From Clostridia bacterium (GTDB lineage Bacteria; Bacillota; Clostridia; UMGS1883; UMGS1540), in contig JAZNQN010000044.1 in assembly GCA_045590195.1 (NCBI GenBank), forward strand, positions 19,186 to 83,185: a DNA stretch of 64,000 nt, read 5' to 3'. The notes beneath the pieces were generated by a model, which saw only the letters and a program-made list of their open reading frames with translations, did no database searches and was not told where the DNA came from. The position numbers and the translations under genes are program-made. Positions 57,975-64,000 of the stretch are shown here, piece by piece (positions within the stretch are counted from its first letter, which is position 1; every line of letters begins with the position of its first letter).

Positions 57975-59711
57975 TCAGTATTTCTTTCTTTCTACATAGT
58001 GAGTATGTAAAAGGTCGTGAGCTTTGTGTGAACCGGGTTCGCCAAAGTACTCTTTATAGAGTTTGTCAACATCAGGATTCTTATGACTCTGTCTTACAGT
58101 AGATGCTTTGTCTTCAGCATAAAGGGCTTTTGCCCTTTCAGCCTTAACATCCATATCCATACGAAGCTTAGCCGGAACAATCGGCTGACCGCCACCTGTT
58201 ACGCAACCACCGGGACAAGCCATAATTTCGATAAAGTGATAATCTGCTTTGCCCTCTTTAATACTGTCGAGAAGTGCACGTGCATTTCCAAGGCCATGAG
58301 CAATAGCAACTTTAACTTCTTTACCCCCGAGAGTAAGAGCAGCTTCTTTAATGCCCTCAACACCTCTTACTGCCTCAAAATCAAGGCTTGCAGGCTCTTT
58401 ACCGTCAAGAATTTCGGCAACTGTACGAAGTGCTGCTTCCATAACACCACCTGTTGCACCAAAGATAACACCTGCGCCTGTATCCATACCAAATGGGTCA
58501 TCGAATTTTGCATCTTCAAGAGAAGCAAAATCTATACCCTGTTCTTTAATCATTTTAGCAAGTTCTCTTGTTGTAAGAACGATATCAACATCTTGAAATT
58601 CGTTGCCAAGTTCTTCTCTGCCAGCTTCGAACTTTTTAGCTACGCAAGGCATAACGGAAACTACAACCATTTTTTCAGGGTCGATATTATTCTTTTCTGC
58701 ATAGTAAGATTTAAGAACAGCACCAAACATTTCGTGAGGAGATTTACAGCTTGAAAGGTTTGGAATAAATTCAGGATAGTAATGTTCACAGAACTTAACC
58801 CAACCAGGGCTGCAAGAAGTTATAAGTGGCAACTTACCACCATCTTTAATTCTGTTTATAAGCTCTGTTCCTTCTTCCATAATTGTAAGGTCGGCAGCTG
58901 TATTTGTATCAAAAACTTTGTCAAATCCGAGCATCTTGAGTGCATTTGCCATTTTACCTGTAACAGGTGTGCCAATTTCAAATCCGAATTCTTCGCCAAG
59001 TGCCGCTCTTACAGCAGGAGCTGTCTGAACGATAACATATTTTTCAGGATCGGCAATTGCTTCCCAAGTCTGTGCAATACTGTCTTTTTCATAAAGTGCA
59101 CCAACAGGACAAGCAGCAATACACTGACCACAGTTAACACAGGCAACATCGCCAAGTGATTGTTCAAACGCACAAGCAATTGAAGTGTTGAAACCACGGT
59201 TAACAGCGTCAATAACAGATACAGTTTGAATATTTTTACAAGCACTTACACAGCGACGGCAGAGAATACATTTGTTGTTATCACGAACAATTGATGCTGA
59301 TGAATCATCAATTTCCTGGACATTTCTCTCGCCTTCAAAAGCAATATCACGAACACCGAGTTCTTCAGCCAAAGTCTGAAGTTCACAATTTCTGTTTCTT
59401 TCGCAAGTAAGACATCTTTTGTCATGAGCGGAAAGAATAAGCTCAAGTGTGATTTTTCTTGCTTTTCTGACTTTTTCGCTGTTTGTTACAACCTCAAGGC
59501 CTTCTGAAACAGGATAAACACAAGCCGCCTGAAGTGTTCTTGCAGTTGAAACTTCAACTACGCACATACGGCATGAACCTGTTTTGCTTACATCCTTTAA
59601 ATAACAAAGAGTAGGGATGTGAATATTTGCACTGCGTGCAGCTTCAAGAACGGTATAATTTGCAGGAACGCTAAGGCTCTTGCCGTTAATTTTAATATTT
59701 ACATTTTCCAT
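57975..59711 (-). CDS. hydA: [FeFe]-hydrogenase catalytic subunit HydA, set 2. Its L1 motif is a variant.
   Basis: The domain order is the same as set 1. L1 reads TSCSPGW, confirmed at the DNA level as tct tgc agc cct ggt tgg. L2 is MPCVAKKFE and L3 is EIMACPGGCVTGGG. Confidence 0.85.
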   Translation of the reverse strand: MENVNIKINGKSLSVPANYTVLEAARSANIHIPTLCYLKDVSKTGSCRMCVVEVSTARTLQAACVYPVSEGLEVVTNSEKVRKARKITLELILSAHDKRCLTCERNRNCELQTLAEELGVRDIAFEGERNVQEIDDSSASIVRDNNKCILCRRCVSACKNIQTVSVIDAVNRGFNTSIACAFEQSLGDVACVNCGQCIAACPVGALYEKDSIAQTWEAIADPEKYVIVQTAPAVRAALGEEFGFEIGTPVTGKMANALKMLGFDKVFDTNTAADLTIMEEGTELINRIKDGGKLPLITSCSPGWVKFCEHYYPEFIPNLSSCKSPHEMFGAVLKSYYAEKNNIDPEKMVVVSVMPCVAKKFEAGREELGNEFQDVDIVLTTRELAKMIKEQGIDFASLEDAKFDDPFGMDTGAGVIFGATGGVMEAALRTVAEILDGKEPASLDFEAVRGVEGIKEAALTLGGKEVKVAIAHGLGNARALLDSIKEGKADYHFIEIMACPGGCVTGGGQPIVPAKLRMDMDVKAERAKALYAEDKASTVRQSHKNPDVDKLYKEYFGEPGSHKAHDLLHTHYVERKKY

Positions 59712-59730
59712 AATTATCTGCTCCCCTCTC

Positions 59731-61611
59731 TTAGTGTTTTTCTATTGCGCCAAATTTACAGCTATCCATACACACGCCACATTTGATACATTTGTCTGTA
59801 TCAATTGTAAATGGCGATTTGATTTCGCCTGAAATTGCGCCAACAGGACATTTTCTTGCACAGAGTGAACACCCTTTACATTTATCTGCAACAATCTCGT
59901 ATTTAAGAAGTTTTTTACATACGCCTGCAGGACATTTTTTATCACGAACGTGAGCAATGTATTCATCCCTGAAATAACGAAGTGTGCTGAGTACAGGGTT
60001 AGGAGCTGTCTGGCCAAGGCCACAAAGTGAAGAAGTTTTAATAGCTTCACAAAGCTCTTCAAGCTTATCAATATCTTCCATTGTTCCCTTACCTTCTGTA
60101 ATTTTTGTAAGAATTTCAAGAAGGCGTTTTGTACCGATACGGCATGGCGAACATTTACCACAGCTCTCATCAACTGTAAATTCAAGGAAGAATTTAGCAA
60201 TATCAACCATACAGTTATCTTCATCCATTACAATAAGACCACCGCTGCCCATCATAGAGCCAATGCTCATAAGCGAATCGTAATCAATAGCTGTATCAAT
60301 CAAAGATGCAGGAATACATCCTCCCGAAGGGCCACCTGTCTGAGCGGCTTTAAATTTCTTACCGTTTGGAATTCCGCCGCCAATTTCTTCGATGATTTCA
60401 CGAAGAGTTGTTCCCATAGGAACTTCAACAAGACCTGTGTTATTGATTTTACCACCAAGAGCAAATACTTTTGTACCTGCGCTCTTTTCGGTACCAATAC
60501 CTTTAAACCAAGCGGCACCATTATTTATAATCATAGGAATATTTGCATAAGTTTCAACATTATTCAGAAGAGTTGGTTTCTGCCACAAACCTTTAACAGC
60601 CGGGAACGGAGGACGTGGACGTGGTTCGCCACGGTGACCTTCAATAGAAGTCATAAGAGCTGTTTCCTCGCCGCAAACAAATGCACCGGCACCAAGACGA
60701 AGCTCAAGGTTAAATTCGAAATCAGTTCCAAAAATATTTTTACCAAGAATTCCATATTCCCTTGCCTGTTCAATAGCAATATTAAGGCGGTCAACCGCGA
60801 TAGGATATTCGGCACGAATATAGATATAACCCTGCTTAGCGCCTACTGCATAAGCTGCAATTGACATAGCCTCTATAATAGTGTGAGGATCACCCTCAAG
60901 AACACTACGGTCCATAAACGCACCAGGGTCGCCTTCATCGGCATTACATGCAACATATTTTTCTTCGCCGGGAGCATTTGCAGTAAACAACCATTTCATA
61001 CCTGTTGAGAAGCCGGCACCGCCACGGCCACGAAGACTTGAGTTTTTAACTTCATCAATTACTTCAGCAGGTGTCATACTTGTAAGAACTTTTTCAAGGG
61101 CTTTATAACCATCGAAAGCTATGTATTCATCAATATTTTCAGGATTAACAACACCACAGTTACGAAGAGCAAGACGCTGTTGTTTTCTGTAGAAATTAAC
61201 ATCGTTAAGACCTTTGATATTTTCACCATCAATTGTTTCCTGATAAACAAGGCGTTTTACAACGTTTCCACCCTTAAGGTGTTCACTGACAATTTCCTTA
61301 ACATCTTCAATTTTTACGCAGCTGTAAAAACATCCTTCAGGATATACTATCATAATCGGGCCAAGTGCACAAAGGCCAAAGCAACCGGTCTGAACAACCT
61401 GAATTTCGTCTGCAATACCAAAATCTGCAAGCTGTTTTTTAAGTTCTGTAATAATTTTGGGCGAACCCGATGAAGTACAACCTGTACCGCCACATACGAG
61501 CACATGGTGGCGAATTTTATCGGGAACCACATTTTTATCTTTACGAAGTGAAATTCTTTTAAAAGTTTCACTACGTATAGCATTTATTTCATTTAAGCTT
61601 TTCATAATCAA
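59731..61611 (-). CDS. hydB: NuoF-like flavoprotein subunit HydB, set 2
   Basis: Paralogue of the gene at 53114-54988 with the same motif set. Identity is about 55-60% by eye. Confidence 0.85.
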   Translation of the reverse strand: MIMKSLNEINAIRSETFKRISLRKDKNVVPDKIRHHVLVCGGTGCTSSGSPKIITELKKQLADFGIADEIQVVQTGCFGLCALGPIMIVYPEGCFYSCVKIEDVKEIVSEHLKGGNVVKRLVYQETIDGENIKGLNDVNFYRKQQRLALRNCGVVNPENIDEYIAFDGYKALEKVLTSMTPAEVIDEVKNSSLRGRGGAGFSTGMKWLFTANAPGEEKYVACNADEGDPGAFMDRSVLEGDPHTIIEAMSIAAYAVGAKQGYIYIRAEYPIAVDRLNIAIEQAREYGILGKNIFGTDFEFNLELRLGAGAFVCGEETALMTSIEGHRGEPRPRPPFPAVKGLWQKPTLLNNVETYANIPMIINNGAAWFKGIGTEKSAGTKVFALGGKINNTGLVEVPMGTTLREIIEEIGGGIPNGKKFKAAQTGGPSGGCIPASLIDTAIDYDSLMSIGSMMGSGGLIVMDEDNCMVDIAKFFLEFTVDESCGKCSPCRIGTKRLLEILTKITEGKGTMEDIDKLEELCEAIKTSSLCGLGQTAPNPVLSTLRYFRDEYIAHVRDKKCPAGVCKKLLKYEIVADKCKGCSLCARKCPVGAISGEIKSPFTIDTDKCIKCGVCMDSCKFGAIEKH

Positions 61612-61632
61612 ACCTCCAAGTTCAAATCTGGT

Positions 61633-62121
61633 TTATTCCATATACTTTTTCAAGATGCCTTCAACTTCGTCAACGGTAAGTTTTCCGTAAACGTCTTCGC
61701 CAACTGTCATAACAGGAGCAAGACCGCAGGCACCGATACATCTTGTAGCATCGATAGAGAAAAGACCGTCGGGAGTACATTCTCCAACTTCTATTCCCAA
61801 AATTTCCTTAACCTTCTCCAGAATAAGATTTGAACCTTTTACATAACATGCAGTACCAAGACAAACACCTATCTGATATTTGCCCTTTGGATTAAGTGAA
61901 AACTGAGCATAAAAAGTTACAACTCCATAAATTTCAGCCAAAGGAATATTAAGTCCTTCTGCAATCATTGTCTGCACTTCGATTGGCAGATATCCATAAA
62001 TTTTCTGCGCTTCGTGCAAAACAGGAATAACTGCGCCGGGCTGATCTTTGTGCATTTCAATAACTTCGTTAAGCTTTGCAGCCTGTTCACTTGTTCCTGC
62101 AAATGGTATTGTTTGTGCCAT
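61633..62121 (-). CDS. hydC: NuoE-like [2Fe-2S] subunit HydC, set 2
   Basis: CLGTAC...C...CIGAC, Trx-like. Confidence 0.85.
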   Translation of the reverse strand: MAQTIPFAGTSEQAAKLNEVIEMHKDQPGAVIPVLHEAQKIYGYLPIEVQTMIAEGLNIPLAEIYGVVTFYAQFSLNPKGKYQIGVCLGTACYVKGSNLILEKVKEILGIEVGECTPDGLFSIDATRCIGACGLAPVMTVGEDVYGKLTVDEVEGILKKYME

Positions 62122-62399
62122 TAAAAACTCCTCCTATGTTTTATATTAATGCATAATAACACATCATTGTTAATATTATATCAATTATATCACTTTTACA
62201 CAAGTACCTAAATTATTTTTGGTTACATTGTACAAAACTTACCGCGTATTTTCCGTTTTTACCTATGCTTTTTTTGCATAATGACTATATAAAAAATGTT
62301 GGATAACAAAATTACACAAATATAGCTAAAAAAACTTTGACTTTTTTCCTATAATATGTTATCATTATTTAATAATGCATTTTACGAGGAGTGAATCAA

Positions 62400-63962
62400 G
62401 TGGCAGAAAACATTAAAAGTACCACAGAAGAACAGGTACAGGATTTAAACGAAATTTTACAGGTAAGAAGAGATAAGCTTGCCGAACTTCAGCAAAGCGG
62501 CAACGATCCTTTTCAGATAACAAAATTTGACCGTACACATTCTTCAAAAGATATTTGCGAAGGATACACAACCGAAGAACGCACAGTAACTGTTCGCGGA
62601 GAGGAAACACAGGTAACTGCTAAAATCTCCCCTCTCGACGGGAAAATTGTTACTGTTGCCGGCAGAATTATGTCAAAACGTGGTATGGGTAAAGTTGGCT
62701 TTGCTCACATTGCTGATATTGACGGTCAGCTTCAGCTTTTTGTTAAAAAAGATATTCTTGGCGAAGATGACTATAATACATTTAAAAAATATGATATTGG
62801 CGACATTGTTGGCGCTGAAGGCGAAGTTTTCACAACACAGACAGGCGAAATTTCAGTTCGTGTAAATAAACTTACACTTCTTTCAAAATCACTTCAGCCT
62901 CTCCCTGAGAAGTTCCATGGTATGACAAATACCGACCTTCGTTACAGACAGCGCTATGTCGACCTTATTATGAACGCCGATGTTAAAGATACATTTATCA
63001 AGCGTTCAAAGATTATCAGCGCAATCCGCACATATCTTGCAAAAGAAAACTTTCTCGAAGTTGAAACACCAATGCTTGTTTCAAACGCAGGCGGCGCTGC
63101 TGCCCGTCCTTTCGAAACACATTTTAATGCTCTTGATGAAGATTTCAAACTTCGTATTTCTCTTGAACTTTACTTAAAACGTCTTATCGTTGGTGGTCTT
63201 GAAAGAGTATATGAAATTGGAAGAGTTTTCAGAAACGAAGGCCTTGACACCCGTCATAATCCTGAGTTTACTCTTATGGAGCTTTATCAGGCATATACAG
63301 ATTACCACGGTATGATGGATTTAACTGAAAACCTCTACCGCTATGTTGCAAACGAAGTTTTAGGCACAACTAAAATTGTTTATAACGGTATTGAAATGGA
63401 TTTAGGCAAGCCTTTTGAAAGAATTACAATGCTTGATGCAGTTAAAAAGTATTCCGGTGTTGACTTTAATGAAATTAAAACTACCGAAGAAGCTCACGCA
63501 GTTGCAAAAGAACACAATATCGAATTTGAGAAACATCATAAAAAAGGCGATATCTTAAACCTTTTCTTTGAAGAATATGTTGAACATCACTTAATTCAGC
63601 CTACATTTGTTATGGATCATCCGGTTGAAATTTCTCCTCTTACCAAGAAGAAACCGGAAAATCCTGATTATGTTGAACGTTTTGAATTCTTTATGAACGG
63701 CTGGGAAATGGCAAATGCTTATTCAGAACTTAACGACCCAATTGACCAGAGAGAACGTTTTAAGGCTCAGGAAGAACTTCTTGCTATGGGCGATGAAGAA
63801 GCTAACACAACTGATGAAGACTTTATGCGTGCACTTGAAATTGGTATGCCTCCAACAGGCGGTATCGGATTTGGTATTGACAGAATGTGTATGCTCCTTA
63901 CCGACTCTGCTGCAATCCGCGATGTACTTCTCTTCCCGACAATGAAACCGCTTGATAAGTAA
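62400..63962 (+). CDS. lysS: Lysyl-tRNA synthetase, class II
   Basis: Class II motifs ([14 protein letters not shown]). The start was moved to the GTG at 62400 (MAENIKS), which has an AGGAG RBS 8 nt upstream. Confidence 0.9.
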   Translation: MAENIKSTTEEQVQDLNEILQVRRDKLAELQQSGNDPFQITKFDRTHSSKDICEGYTTEERTVTVRGEETQVTAKISPLDGKIVTVAGRIMSKRGMGKVGFAHIADIDGQLQLFVKKDILGEDDYNTFKKYDIGDIVGAEGEVFTTQTGEISVRVNKLTLLSKSLQPLPEKFHGMTNTDLRYRQRYVDLIMNADVKDTFIKRSKIISAIRTYLAKENFLEVETPMLVSNAGGAAARPFETHFNALDEDFKLRISLELYLKRLIVGGLERVYEIGRVFRNEGLDTRHNPEFTLMELYQAYTDYHGMMDLTENLYRYVANEVLGTTKIVYNGIEMDLGKPFERITMLDAVKKYSGVDFNEIKTTEEAHAVAKEHNIEFEKHHKKGDILNLFFEEYVEHHLIQPTFVMDHPVEISPLTKKKPENPDYVERFEFFMNGWEMANAYSELNDPIDQRERFKAQEELLAMGDEEANTTDEDFMRALEIGMPPTGGIGFGIDRMCMLLTDSAAIRDVLLFPTMKPLDK

Positions 63963-64000
63963 AAACAAAAAACTCTTGCAAACGGCGGTGCTTCTTAGGG

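Overview
This window is low-GC chromosomal DNA, most likely from an anaerobic Firmicute of the Clostridia. Rhodobacter-type Rex boxes, SLH domains, YunB, HydS and bifurcating HydABC all point that way. It contains 60 protein-coding genes, one tRNA, one tRNA fragment, and no rRNA or CRISPR array. It falls into three parts.

**Left edge (1-2.4 kb).** Two tandem, paralogous Tn916-type tyrosine integrases end an integrated element that lies mostly to the left of the window. They abut the 3' end of tRNA-Pro(CGG). A 40-nt copy of the tRNA 5' half and a repeated TGTGGTCAAA motif lie around the tRNA.

**Middle (2.4-35 kb).** Mostly housekeeping genes, with a few points of note:
- an SLH-anchored serpin, an HtrA protease and a two-component system, all adjacent on the minus strand;
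- plsX-acpP-rnc on the minus strand, divergent from smc-ftsY on the plus strand;
- ruvX, tyrS, nfo, cca, rpmE, SbcCD-like (YhaO/YhaN-like), kduI, dut and eno.

**Right (35.3-62.1 kb).** A co-directional minus-strand anaerobic redox supercluster. It contains two paralogous HydABC electron-bifurcating [FeFe]-hydrogenase gene sets flanking nfnAB. It also contains a HydS-type PAS sensory hydrogenase followed by a SpoIIE/PP2C phosphatase and a further [FeFe]-hydrogenase-like gene. It ends with the gene string mdh-fumC-hdrBCA-flxDCBA-frdBA followed by an AAE-like permease, with a near-consensus Rex operator upstream of mdh.

This last cluster looks like a soluble fumarate reductase coupled to a Flx-Hdr NADH-bifurcating module. 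As far as I know this system is undescribed, and it is the top candidate in the window. lysS closes the window on the plus strand.
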